Shown: positions 14,816 through 25,874, counted from the stretch's first letter. The stretch: DNA of 32,000 nucleotides from Candidatus Nitrospira inopinata (GCF_001458695.1 NZ_LN885086.1:1050001-1082000), one strand, 5' to 3'. Translations and numbers: made by a program. Notes: generated by a model from the letters alone, not told the origin.

Positions 14816-17509
14816 ATGGGACTGAAACCGGCCACCAATCCCGATGTCGAAGCGGCGACGATCGAGCTGACGATCGACGGCAATCGCGTCGTCGCAAAAG
14901 ACGGGGTGTCGCTGTACGACGTCATCTCCATGACGGGAAAGATCATCCCCGCCATGTGCTACCACTACACGTTCGATCCCTTCGGCTCCTGCGGGATGTG
15001 CCTCGTCATGCAGGAGGGGAAGAAGGCTCCCGTGCGGTCTTGTACCGCCAAGGCGGCAGCCGGCATGGTCATCCGCACGGAGGGGGAGGACCTCTTTCTC
15101 GCCCGTAAGAAGGCCGTCGAAAAACATCTGTCCGTCCATCCTCTGGATTGCCCGGTTTGCGACGCGGACGGCCACTGCGAGCTGCAAGACATGGCGTTCG
15201 AGCACGGCGTCACGAATCTCCCCAACGCCAAGCAAAAATTTATTCCCGAGGACACTCGCAGTTTGGTGCTGGACTTCAACATGAACCGGTGCATCGCCTG
15301 CGCCGAGTGCATCAACGTGTGCAAAGACGTGTTGATGATCGACGCGCTGCAGTTCATGAAAAAGGGAGGATTCAATCAGGTCGTCCCCAAAGGCGACGTG
15401 GCGCTCCAGTGCGAGTTTTGCGGGGATTGTCTGGCGGTCTGCCCTGTCGGCGCCATCACGAACAAATTCTCCAAGTATTTGTATAAACCGTGGCAGATGA
15501 AGAAGACGGCCACGACCTGCAACTATTGCGGGGACGGTTGCCAGTTGTACCTGGAAACGAAAGACGAGGAAGTCATCCGCGTCACCTCGCCCTTGTCATG
15601 GAAGAACAAGTGGGGCGATCGGGCGGAAACGGCGAAGGGCCACGGGGGACTGTGCGTCAGGGGCCGCTTCGGATTCGAGTCCATCGACAGCAAGGCGCGG
15701 CTCAAGCAGCCGCTCGTTCGTGAAGGCAATCGGCTCGTTGAGAAACCGTGGCTGGAGACGATGCATCTGCTCGTCGACCGGCTTGCCGAGATCAAGCGGA
15801 AGCATGGTTCCGGCGCCATCGCCGGTCTGATCGCGGCGCGATGTACGAACGAAGAAGCGTATTTGTTTCAAAAACTCATGCGCGTCGGATTCGGGAGCAA
15901 TCATCTCGACAGCAGCGCCCGCTACGGCCATATGAATTTCGTGCACGCGATGAAGCGCGCGGTCGGAATCGGACGGTCGCTCAACGGCTGGGAGGAGTTC
16001 ACCAAAGCCAAGGCCGTCCTTTTGATCGGTTCGAACGTGACCGAGACCAACCCGCTGACGTCGGTGCGGATCAAGGAAGCCATCCGCGTGTACAAAGCGC
16101 AGGTGGTGACGCTGGACTCCGCCGTCACGAACATGGCCAAGCTGGCCTCCCATCCGTTCTTGATCAAGCCGGGTACGGAGGGGTCGGTGATCGACGGACT
16201 CGTGAAGACCGTGATCGACCGGGATTTGATCGATGAGGAGGTCGTGCGCAAGCACCCCGAGGCGTTCGGTGCGCTGAAGGCGGCCGTCGCCGACCTGTCG
16301 CTTGAAGAGATTGCCTCCCGAACGGGTGTATCCGTCGAGGCGTTTCACGAGATCGCGCAGATCTTCGCCGAGTCGCCGCGATCGATCATTCTCTGCGCCG
16401 AGGGCATCGTCAGAAAGGCCGACGGGTACCGCAACGTGTTGAAGCTCGTCGACTTGGCGTGGATCACCGGCAAACTTGGCCGCCCCGGATGCGGCGTGAA
16501 TACCGTCACGGAAGAGCCGAACGAACAGGGCGTCGTTGATATGGGAGCGGCTCCCGAGTTCTTGCCAGGCCAGGCTCGGTTCGATGATCCGATCGCGCGC
16601 GAACGTTTTGAGAGGGCCTGGAGCGCATCGCTCCCCGCCCCAGGAACCGGATTGCGCCTGGTCGACATTCTTCAGGGATGCAAGACGGGCACGATCAAGG
16701 CGTTGTACGTGTTGGGAGAAAATCCGCTGGCGACGCTTCCGGCTTCCATGGAGATCCGGTCAGCCTTGGAAGGGCTCGAATTGCTGGTGGTGCAGGATCC
16801 GTTTCTCACGGAAACGGGCAGGATGGCGCACGTCGTGCTCCCCGCCTGCACCTACGCGGAGAAGGACGGCACGTTTACGAACTTGGAGGGCCGTGTGCTC
16901 CGCGTCCGTCAGGCGCTGGACCCGATCGGAGAGAGCCTGCCGGATTGGCATATCATGACCGCGCTGGCCAACGCGATGGGCTGCCAGTGGGAATATCAAT
17001 CCGTCAACGACATTCAGGCCGAGGTCAGAAAGTTGGTGCCCGGCTATTACAACCTGGGTCAGCCTCGCAAAGTCGAGCCGCTGCCGGATGACTACCTTGC
17101 GAACGGGTACGCTGCGGACGTCCGTGCCCGCTATGCGGCGGGGGCCGATCCCGGAGAGGGCGCCCGTCCCTTTTCGTTGCAAATGGGGCAGGTGCTCACC
17201 CATTCGGGCAAGCTGTCGACTGAAGCTCCCGGTCTGATGAAGATCGCTCCCAACACCGGGAAACTGCGCATGAATCCTCTTGACATGGAACGGCTTGGAG
17301 TGCGGGATGGTGTCAAGGTCCGCGTCACGTCCGAACGCGGCTCCCTCCAGATCGGCGTCGAGCCGGATCAATCCGTCGCACCGGGGACCTGTTTTTTTCC
17401 GGAGCATTTCAACGAACCGCCCGTGAAAGATCTGATGACCGTGTCGGTCGATGCCGTGACCGGCGCGCCCGCGTTCAAGCAGTGCCGGGTCAGCATTGAG
17501 CCGGCGTGA
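14816..17509 (+). CDS. nuoG: NuoG-like 75 kDa Fe-S subunit (2Fe-2S + 4Fe-4S domains fused to a molybdopterin-oxidoreductase fold)
   Basis: 2Fe-2S Cys pattern: CYHYTFDPFGSCGMC...C. His-ligated cluster motif: HPLDCPVCDADGHCELQD. Two ferredoxin-type motifs: CIACAECINVC and CEFCGDCLAVCP. MopB cluster: CNYCGDGCQ...C. C-terminal molybdopterin-binding beta-barrel. ATG at 14816 (GTG at 14801 in the ORF track). Confidence 0.85.
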   Translation: MGLKPATNPDVEAATIELTIDGNRVVAKDGVSLYDVISMTGKIIPAMCYHYTFDPFGSCGMCLVMQEGKKAPVRSCTAKAAAGMVIRTEGEDLFLARKKAVEKHLSVHPLDCPVCDADGHCELQDMAFEHGVTNLPNAKQKFIPEDTRSLVLDFNMNRCIACAECINVCKDVLMIDALQFMKKGGFNQVVPKGDVALQCEFCGDCLAVCPVGAITNKFSKYLYKPWQMKKTATTCNYCGDGCQLYLETKDEEVIRVTSPLSWKNKWGDRAETAKGHGGLCVRGRFGFESIDSKARLKQPLVREGNRLVEKPWLETMHLLVDRLAEIKRKHGSGAIAGLIAARCTNEEAYLFQKLMRVGFGSNHLDSSARYGHMNFVHAMKRAVGIGRSLNGWEEFTKAKAVLLIGSNVTETNPLTSVRIKEAIRVYKAQVVTLDSAVTNMAKLASHPFLIKPGTEGSVIDGLVKTVIDRDLIDEEVVRKHPEAFGALKAAVADLSLEEIASRTGVSVEAFHEIAQIFAESPRSIILCAEGIVRKADGYRNVLKLVDLAWITGKLGRPGCGVNTVTEEPNEQGVVDMGAAPEFLPGQARFDDPIARERFERAWSASLPAPGTGLRLVDILQGCKTGTIKALYVLGENPLATLPASMEIRSALEGLELLVVQDPFLTETGRMAHVVLPACTYAEKDGTFTNLEGRVLRVRQALDPIGESLPDWHIMTALANAMGCQWEYQSVNDIQAEVRKLVPGYYNLGQPRKVEPLPDDYLANGYAADVRARYAAGADPGEGARPFSLQMGQVLTHSGKLSTEAPGLMKIAPNTGKLRMNPLDMERLGVRDGVKVRVTSERGSLQIGVEPDQSVAPGTCFFPEHFNEPPVKDLMTVSVDAVTGAPAFKQCRVSIEPA

Positions 17510-17551
17510 TCGAATGGAAGCAGCCCGATGGCGACGGAGTAGGAGACGACC

Positions 17552-18139
17552 ATGAGCGTGGGTGCCTTGACGAAGAAGATCGTGCAAGCGGCTCTCTTCC
17601 ATGAGATTTGGACGGCGATGAAAGTGACGTTTCGCCACATGTTTCACCGTCCGATCACCTTTCAATATCCGCGCGAGCAGCGGACGATTCCCGATACCCA
17701 TCGGGGCGCCTTGGGACTGCTCCGTTACGACGACGGGCGGGAACGATGCGTGGGATGCGATCTCTGCGAGGCGGCGTGCCCCTCGCGCTGCATCAAGGTG
17801 ATCAGCGCGGAGGACGAGGCCCGTCCCCTTCAGCGGTACGCGGTCGAATTCTACATCGACATCACCAAATGCGTGTTTTGCGGCTATTGCGTCGAGGCGT
17901 GCCCGGTGAACGCGCTCGCCATGACGAAAATGTATGAATTTTCCACTCATGACAAACGGGCCTTGCTGTTCGACAAAAAGAAACTGTATGAAATCGGCGA
18001 GCGTCATCTGGAAGACGGCAAGAAATATCTCTACGCCCATAATCAGGAACAGAACGTCGAGGAGAGCCGCGAGTATCGGTACTACTTTCCGCAGTCCGTG
18101 CTCCGATCCACGCAACCGCCTCCGAAGCATCTGAGCTGA
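17552..18139 (+). CDS. nuoI: NADH-quinone oxidoreductase subunit I (2x[4Fe-4S])
   Basis: CVGCDLCEAACP and CVFCGYCVEACP; FRHMFHRPITFQYP is the NuoI N-terminus. A C-terminal extension of about 40 aa follows the ferredoxin core. Confidence 0.9.
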   Translation: MSVGALTKKIVQAALFHEIWTAMKVTFRHMFHRPITFQYPREQRTIPDTHRGALGLLRYDDGRERCVGCDLCEAACPSRCIKVISAEDEARPLQRYAVEFYIDITKCVFCGYCVEACPVNALAMTKMYEFSTHDKRALLFDKKKLYEIGERHLEDGKKYLYAHNQEQNVEESREYRYYFPQSVLRSTQPPPKHLS

Positions 18140-18148
18140 GCCATCGAC

Positions 18149-18694
18149 ATGATCGTGGTGTTTTTTGCGTATTTCGCAGTGGTCAGTATTGTCGCCGCCG
18201 TGCTGACGGTGTCGCTCAGAAATCCGGTTCACTGCGGGCTTGCCCTGCTGGCTTTGTTGATGCACGTGTCCGGCCTCTTCGTGCTGCTGAACGCCGAATT
18301 TCTCTGGGCCGTCCAGGTCATCGTCTATGCGGGCGCCATTTTGGTGTTGTACCTGTTCGTCTTGATGCTGCTGAATCTCAAAACCGACGAGCGCTATCTC
18401 CATTCGTCATATCCGTACTTCCTCGGTCCGGCCGTCGCGGGAGCCGGCTACGTCCTCTTCCTGCTGATTCAGTCGCCGTACGAGGGAGCGAAGGGCAACG
18501 CGCCCGCTTCGGTCGTGCTCGAACACGGAGATACGTACGCGGTGGGCATCAAAATGTTCAGCGACCATCTGCTGCAATTTGAAATCGTGGGCATCTTTCT
18601 GCTGGGCGCCATCATCGGGGCGATCGTGCTGGCAAAGACGCCCAAGCCGATGCCCAAGCCGATGGATGGAAGCGAGAGGCGAAGCAATCGCTAG
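18149..18694 (+). CDS. nuoJ: NADH-quinone oxidoreductase subunit J
   Basis: LRNPVHCGLALLA...AEFLWAVQVIVYAGAILVLYLFVLMLL matches the NuoJ/ND6 signature. Confidence 0.85.
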   Translation: MIVVFFAYFAVVSIVAAVLTVSLRNPVHCGLALLALLMHVSGLFVLLNAEFLWAVQVIVYAGAILVLYLFVLMLLNLKTDERYLHSSYPYFLGPAVAGAGYVLFLLIQSPYEGAKGNAPASVVLEHGDTYAVGIKMFSDHLLQFEIVGIFLLGAIIGAIVLAKTPKPMPKPMDGSERRSNR

Positions 18695-18710
18695 GGGTCT
18701 GGAGCGAGGC

Positions 18711-19006
18711 ATGGTTCCATTGAGCGCATACGTCGCCGTCAGCGCGATCCTCTTCGTCACGGGTTTGTTGGGCGTGTTGATCAGACGCAATTTCATCATC
18801 GTGCTGATGGCCGTCGAGATCATGTTGAACGCCGCCAACATCAATCTGGTCGCGTTTTCGCACTATCTGGAATCCATGGCCGGGCAATTGGTCGCGTTGT
18901 TCGTCATCGCCATCGCCGCCGGGGAGGCCGCCGTCGGGCTGGCGATCATCATCGTCGTCTTTCGCGGCAAGGTCGCGACGAACGTGGACGAAATGAACTT
19001 GTTGAA

Positions 19007-19013
<7 letters not shown>
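18711..19013 (+). CDS. nuoK: NADH-quinone oxidoreductase subunit K
   Basis: 100 aa from ATG 18711: LFVTGLLGVLIRRNFIIVLMAVEIMLNAANINLVAF...AAGEAAVGLAIIIVVFR. This is the NuoK/ND4L signature, including both conserved Glu residues. Confidence 0.9.
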
Positions 19014-20992
<1,979 letters not shown>

Positions 20993-21020
20993 GGACGAAC
21001 CAGCTCGGACGTCGTTTATC

Positions 21021-22580
21021 ATGCTGGAAGAACTCACGGCCGGTTTCCCGATTCTCTCCTGTATTCTCTTTCTGCCGATGGCGGGCGCGATCCTCCTGTG
21101 GCTGATGGAGGATGAAGATCTAGTGCGGACCTCGGCCTTGGCGATCTCCTTGATCGAACTTGCGCTCGCCGTGTTCGTGCTGCTTCGGTTCGTGCCGGAA
21201 TCGGCCGCGATGCAGTTCGCGGAGCGGGTCCAATGGGTTCCCGCCCTGGGCATCAGCTATCACCTCGGCGTGGACGGCATCAGCGTGCTCTTCGTCGGGC
21301 TGACGGCGTTTCTCACCGTGTTGGTGGTGATCTATTCCTGGGACACCGTTCGCTATCAGCTCAAGCTGTACATGATGTGTCTGTTGGCGCTGGAGACGAC
21401 GACGATGGGGGTCTTCGTCTCTCTCGATCTCGTCTTGTTCTTCGTCTTTTGGGAACTGATGTTGATCCCCAGTTACTTTCTGATCAAACTCTGGGGCGGC
21501 GGAGCCGAGCGTCATTACGCGGCGTTGAAGTTCGTGCTCTATACCCTCCTGGGCAGCGTCTTCCTGCTGGTCGGCATCGCCCTCCTGAACATCAATTTCC
21601 ACCAGTGGGCCTCGTTGCACCATGCGGAGCAGGCCTACTCCTTTGATTTGTTGGAACTGCTGTCGGTCCCCGTGCCGTACAATCAACAGGTGCTCATATT
21701 TTGGCTGATGTTCATGGGGTTTGCGTTCAAGGCGCCGCTCTTTCCGTTCCATACGTGGCTTCCCGATGCGTTGCTGGAGGGGCCGATCGGGATGGCGGTG
21801 GTCTTGGCGGGCGTCAAGCTCGGAACGTTCGGCTTCATACGGTTCAGCATCCCGCTCCTTCCCGACGCGTCCAAGAGCGAACCGGTCGTCATGGTGGTGG
21901 TGCTCCTCGGTCTCTGCGCCATTCTCTATGGAGCCTGGATCGCGCTGATTCAGCACGATTTGAGGCGGTTGTTGGCCTACAGCAGCATCAGCCATTTGGG
22001 ATTCGTCGTGGTGGGGCTCTTCGCGTTGAACTACCAGGGTCTTCAAGGAAGCCTGTTGACCATGATCAATCTTGGCTTCAGCACAGCGGGGCTCTTCTTC
22101 ATCGCGGGGTTCCTCTATTCCCGGCAGCAGACGACGCAGTTGTCTTCATTCGGAGGCATGGCCAAACAGGTTCCGCTCTTGGCCACGTTTTTCTTGATCA
22201 TCGGGCTCGCCTCGATCGGGCTGCCCGGCACGAACGGCTTCGTGGGAGAGTTTCTGATTCTCATGGGAGCGTTCAAGGCGAAGTGGTGGATCGGAGCGAT
22301 CGCCGTCCTGGGCGTGATTTTCGGCGCGGCGTATTTTCTTTGGTACTACGAACGCGCCATGCTCGGTCCCGCGGGGAAGGCCGTGAAGAGCACGATGAGC
22401 GATCTCCAGTTTCGGGAGATCGTCATTGCCTCGGCCCTGTCCGTGATGATCGTGTGGATCGGACTCTATCCGTCCCCGTTTCTTCGAATCATGAACGGAT
22501 CGGTGCAGGCGTTGGTCGATCGGTTGAATCACGGGACCGTGGCGGCGTTCGAAACCGCTGTCGGCGAAAACGGACCTTAA
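21021..22580 (+). CDS. nuoM: NADH-quinone oxidoreductase subunit M, paralog 1
   Basis: VFWELMLIPSYFLI (TM5 Glu), GFAFKAPLFPFHTWLPDA (TM7 Lys), LAGVKLG (TM8 Lys), LLAYSSISHLG, PGTNGFVGEFLIL (TM12 Glu, which is M-specific). Confidence 0.88.
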   Translation: MLEELTAGFPILSCILFLPMAGAILLWLMEDEDLVRTSALAISLIELALAVFVLLRFVPESAAMQFAERVQWVPALGISYHLGVDGISVLFVGLTAFLTVLVVIYSWDTVRYQLKLYMMCLLALETTTMGVFVSLDLVLFFVFWELMLIPSYFLIKLWGGGAERHYAALKFVLYTLLGSVFLLVGIALLNINFHQWASLHHAEQAYSFDLLELLSVPVPYNQQVLIFWLMFMGFAFKAPLFPFHTWLPDALLEGPIGMAVVLAGVKLGTFGFIRFSIPLLPDASKSEPVVMVVVLLGLCAILYGAWIALIQHDLRRLLAYSSISHLGFVVVGLFALNYQGLQGSLLTMINLGFSTAGLFFIAGFLYSRQQTTQLSSFGGMAKQVPLLATFFLIIGLASIGLPGTNGFVGEFLILMGAFKAKWWIGAIAVLGVIFGAAYFLWYYERAMLGPAGKAVKSTMSDLQFREIVIASALSVMIVWIGLYPSPFLRIMNGSVQALVDRLNHGTVAAFETAVGENGP

Positions 22581-22586
22581 TTTTTT

Positions 22587-24290
22587 ATGGTCGAATACAT
22601 CCTGCTGTATATCCTCTTCGCCCCCTTCGCCGGAGCGTTGGCGCTGATCTTCGTGTCGAACCGCCAACCCATGCTGGTCAGGGGCATCGCGGTGGCCTCG
22701 ACCTTCGTCTGTTTGGTCGCAGCGATGTATCTGTTTTACGCCTACGATCCGGTGAAAGGCGGATTTCAGTTCGTCCAGAAGTTTCAATGGTCCAAAGAAT
22801 TGGGGATTTCGCTGCACTTGGGCGTCGATGGAATCGGGACTCCGCTTGTGTTGGCCTCGGCCGTCCTGCTCTTTACGGGCGTCTTCGTATCCTGGCACAT
22901 CACGGATCGCACCAAGGAATTTTACATTTGGCTGCTGATCCTGGCGGCGGCCACGATCGGCGTCTTCATGTCGCTGGATCTGTTTTTCCTGTACTTCTTC
23001 TACGAGATGTCGGTGATTCCCATGTATCTGCTGCTGGGCATGTGGGGCAGTCACACGAAGAAGTACTTGGAGATGACGGATCCGGAGGGGGTCAAGCTCA
23101 GGGATTCCGTGGGCTTTATCTTCAATTTCGGCGCCAACAGCAAAGAGTACGCGGCGATGAAACTGGTCCTCTTCCTGTCGGCCTTTGCCGTGGTGGCGCT
23201 GATGGGGATCCTGCTGATCTACAAATATGCGGGCCTGAACACGTTCGACATCCTGGTGCTTCGCGAGCAGGCCCATCTGATGAACATTCCCGCGCTGGGG
23301 ACGACGCTGGACAAGATCATTTGGATTCTGGTGTTCTTCGGGTTTGCCTCGATCGCGCCGATCTGGCCCTTGCACTCCTGGTCGCCCGTCGGGCACGCCG
23401 CCGCTCCGGCGGCCACCAGCATGCTGCACGCGGGGGTGCTCATGAAGCTGGGGCACTTCTCGATCATCCGAGTCGCGTTCGAAATTCTCCCCGAGACGAC
23501 CAGGGAATTGATGCCGATCGCCGCCGTGCTCTGCGTGTTCAGCATCGTCTACGGGGGGCTCGTGGCGTTTTACGCCAAGGACACCAAGTACGTGATCGGC
23601 TATTCGAGTTCCAGCCACATGGGCTACGTGTTTCTCGGCATGGCGGCGCTCAATTACATCAGTTTGAGCGGAGCGGTCATCTATATGTTCGCGCACGCGA
23701 TGGCGACGGGCATGCTCTTCGCCATGGCCGGGTGGGTGTACGACCAGACCCATACGCGCGATCTGCCCTCTCTGGGCGGACTCTCGAACAAAATGCCGTT
23801 CATCGCCGGGTGCTTCGTCGTCGGCTGCATGGCGTCGATCGGCATGCCCGGCACGGTGAACTTTATCGCGGAAGTGATGATCATCGTCGGCAGTTGGAAC
23901 AAGTACCCGCTTCAGGTCATCGTCGCCGTGCTCGGCATCGTGCTGACGATGGCGTATCTCTTCAACATGATGAGGGCCGTCTTCTATGGGCCGATGAGCC
24001 AAAAGTACAGCCAGACCCGCGACGCAGTGGCCACGGTGGATCGGCTGCCGCTGTTGGTGATGATCGCCGTCAGCGTCGGCTTCGGGATTTTCCCGATGCA
24101 GTTGTACGATGTGGTTCGCTCCGGAGTGGATCCCTTGGTCGCGAAGATCATCTACGTCACGCCGGTTGCCCGGACCGATGACGAGACCGGGGGCGTCGGT
24201 CGGAATCCGGCTCCGGGGACGGATCCGCCTCCACTGCTGGCCACCCATCCCCGGCCGCTTACGTCTTACGCCTCGCGAGAGCACGAATGA
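22587..24290 (+). CDS. nuoM: NADH-quinone oxidoreductase subunit M, divergent paralog 2
   Basis: FFYEMSVIPMYLLL (TM5 Glu), HAGVLMKLG (TM8 Lys), VIGYSSSSHMG, PGTVNFIAEVMII (TM12 Glu, M-type). The TM7 motif reads GFASIAPIWPLHSWSPVGH, so there is no Lys. It starts 6 nt after paralog 1 and overlaps nuoN by 4 nt. Confidence 0.85.
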   Translation: MVEYILLYILFAPFAGALALIFVSNRQPMLVRGIAVASTFVCLVAAMYLFYAYDPVKGGFQFVQKFQWSKELGISLHLGVDGIGTPLVLASAVLLFTGVFVSWHITDRTKEFYIWLLILAAATIGVFMSLDLFFLYFFYEMSVIPMYLLLGMWGSHTKKYLEMTDPEGVKLRDSVGFIFNFGANSKEYAAMKLVLFLSAFAVVALMGILLIYKYAGLNTFDILVLREQAHLMNIPALGTTLDKIIWILVFFGFASIAPIWPLHSWSPVGHAAAPAATSMLHAGVLMKLGHFSIIRVAFEILPETTRELMPIAAVLCVFSIVYGGLVAFYAKDTKYVIGYSSSSHMGYVFLGMAALNYISLSGAVIYMFAHAMATGMLFAMAGWVYDQTHTRDLPSLGGLSNKMPFIAGCFVVGCMASIGMPGTVNFIAEVMIIVGSWNKYPLQVIVAVLGIVLTMAYLFNMMRAVFYGPMSQKYSQTRDAVATVDRLPLLVMIAVSVGFGIFPMQLYDVVRSGVDPLVAKIIYVTPVARTDDETGGVGRNPAPGTDPPPLLATHPRPLTSYASREHE

Positions 24291-25780
24291 CCTTCGACCT
24301 CACCATATCGGTCGCCGATCTGTTGCTGTTGCTGCCGGAGATTTTCCTGACCTGCTGGCTCTGCGTGGTCTTGATCGTCGATTTTTCCTGCCCGCGCCTG
24401 CCCCATACGCGACTCGCCTTCCTCAGCGTGATCGGCTTGGCCGCCACGCTGGCCTGTCTCGCGTGGTTTGACGCGACCCACGTGTCCGGTGCGTTGTTCG
24501 GCAACATGTTTGTCTTGGACCGCATGGCCATCTTCTTCAAGATGTTCGTCGTCGGGTCCACGGCGCTCGTCATTCTGGCGTCGATGCAGTACGTCGATCG
24601 CTTCACGTTGTTCCGGGGGGAATATTACTTTCTGGTCGTCATGTCGGCGCTGGGCATGATGTTCATGGCGTCGGCGAACGACATGCTGTCGCTCTTCGTC
24701 AGCATCGAGTTTTCAACGTTAGGGTTTTATATCCTCGTCGGCTACCTGCGCGAGGATCTCACCTCGAACGAGGCGGGGCTCAAGTTTTTCGTGCTCGGCG
24801 TGTTCGCGGCCGGACTTCTTGCCTACGGCATCAGCCTCGTGTACGGCGAAACGGGCAAACTGGTGTTTTCGGAGATGACTCCGACGCACACGACGGGCGC
24901 CATGATCGGTTTTTTGCTCATTTTCGCCGCGCTGGGATTCAAAATCGGAGCGGTGCCGTTTCATGCGTGGATCCCGGACACCTATCACGGCGCGCCGACG
25001 CCGGTGACGGCGTTCCTGTCGATCGCTCCGAAAGGCGCCGCGTTCGCCATCCTGATCCGGCTGTTCTTCGTCGCGCTGGCGTCCTTCAAGCCCATATGGG
25101 TGTTGCTGTTGGTGGCGGTGTCCATCTTGTCGATGACGTACGGAAACATCGTGGCCATCGCTCAGCGGAACATCAAGCGCCTGTTGGCCTATTCGGGAAT
25201 CGCGCAGGTCGGAAACGTGCTCATCGGCCTGGCGGCCGGAACGAAAATGGGGAGCGACGCCATTTTGTTTTATCTCCTCACCTATCTGTTTGCCAATATC
25301 GGCGCGTTCGCCGTCGTGATCGCGGTCGCGCAGGCCATCGGCAGCGAGGAGATCGACGACTACAGCGGCTTGAACCGACGGTCGCCGTTCCTGGCCTTCG
25401 CGATGCTGCTGTTTTTGCTTTCGCTGGCCGGAGTTCCGCCGCTCGCCGGGTTCATCGGCAAGCTGTACATTTTCATCGCCGCCGTGAATGAAGGCCTGTA
25501 TACGCTGATCACGGTCGGGCTGATCAACATCGTGATCTCGATGTACTATTATTTGGTCGTCGTGAAGAAGATGTACATCAATGAACCGACCGATCCCTCG
25601 CCGGTCAGTATTTCCGGTCCCATGAAGGCCGTGGTCTATATCGGCTTGGCGGGCACATTGGTGATCGGCATTTATCCCCAGCCGGTCATCGAGTGGGTCG
25701 TCGACGCCACCCTGATGTTTTCCAACATGGTTGGTCCCTCTGCCGTCGTCACCCCGCCTCTTCCTCCGTTCGGCGGATAG
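24287..25780 (+). CDS. nuoN: NADH-quinone oxidoreductase subunit N
   Basis: LGFKIGAVPFHAWIPDTYHGAPTPVTAFLSIAPK, LLAYSGIAQVG and PPLAGFIGKLYIF (TM12 Lys) match the NuoN/ND2 signature. ATGA overlap with the preceding gene. Confidence 0.9.
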   Translation: MTFDLTISVADLLLLLPEIFLTCWLCVVLIVDFSCPRLPHTRLAFLSVIGLAATLACLAWFDATHVSGALFGNMFVLDRMAIFFKMFVVGSTALVILASMQYVDRFTLFRGEYYFLVVMSALGMMFMASANDMLSLFVSIEFSTLGFYILVGYLREDLTSNEAGLKFFVLGVFAAGLLAYGISLVYGETGKLVFSEMTPTHTTGAMIGFLLIFAALGFKIGAVPFHAWIPDTYHGAPTPVTAFLSIAPKGAAFAILIRLFFVALASFKPIWVLLLVAVSILSMTYGNIVAIAQRNIKRLLAYSGIAQVGNVLIGLAAGTKMGSDAILFYLLTYLFANIGAFAVVIAVAQAIGSEEIDDYSGLNRRSPFLAFAMLLFLLSLAGVPPLAGFIGKLYIFIAAVNEGLYTLITVGLINIVISMYYYLVVVKKMYINEPTDPSPVSISGPMKAVVYIGLAGTLVIGIYPQPVIEWVVDATLMFSNMVGPSAVVTPPLPPFGG

Positions 25781-25783
25781 TCA

Positions 25784-25814
25784 TTCTGGTTCGGGCCGTT
25801 TGTTTTGCTAGAAT
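25784..25814 (+). promoter_or_regulatory. possible extended -10 promoter for the CHASE3 kinase operon
   Basis: TGcTAGAAT at 25806-25814 fits the extended -10 form TGnTAnnnT. Only a weak -35-like TTCTGG lies at 25784-25789. It sits 60 nt upstream of ATG 25875. Speculative. Confidence 0.25.
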
Positions 25815-25874
25815 GGCGAGACCGTCCGTCAGGACGTCCGGAGCGGCTTCGACAGCCGATCGGCGCGCCGAGCC

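Noticed and set aside
14816-17509. Catalytic formate dehydrogenase alpha subunit instead of NuoG.
   Set aside because: The position aligned with the Sec/Cys molybdenum ligand is Gly (ARYGH). The N-terminal 2Fe-2S plus His-ligated cluster arrangement and the operon context fit NuoG/Nqo3.
21701-24181. 826-aa plus-strand ORF spanning both nuoM paralogs in another frame.
   Set aside because: It is the out-of-frame shadow of nuoM1/nuoM2, with Arg/Gly-rich nonsense composition. The two in-frame NuoM translations carry all the family motifs.
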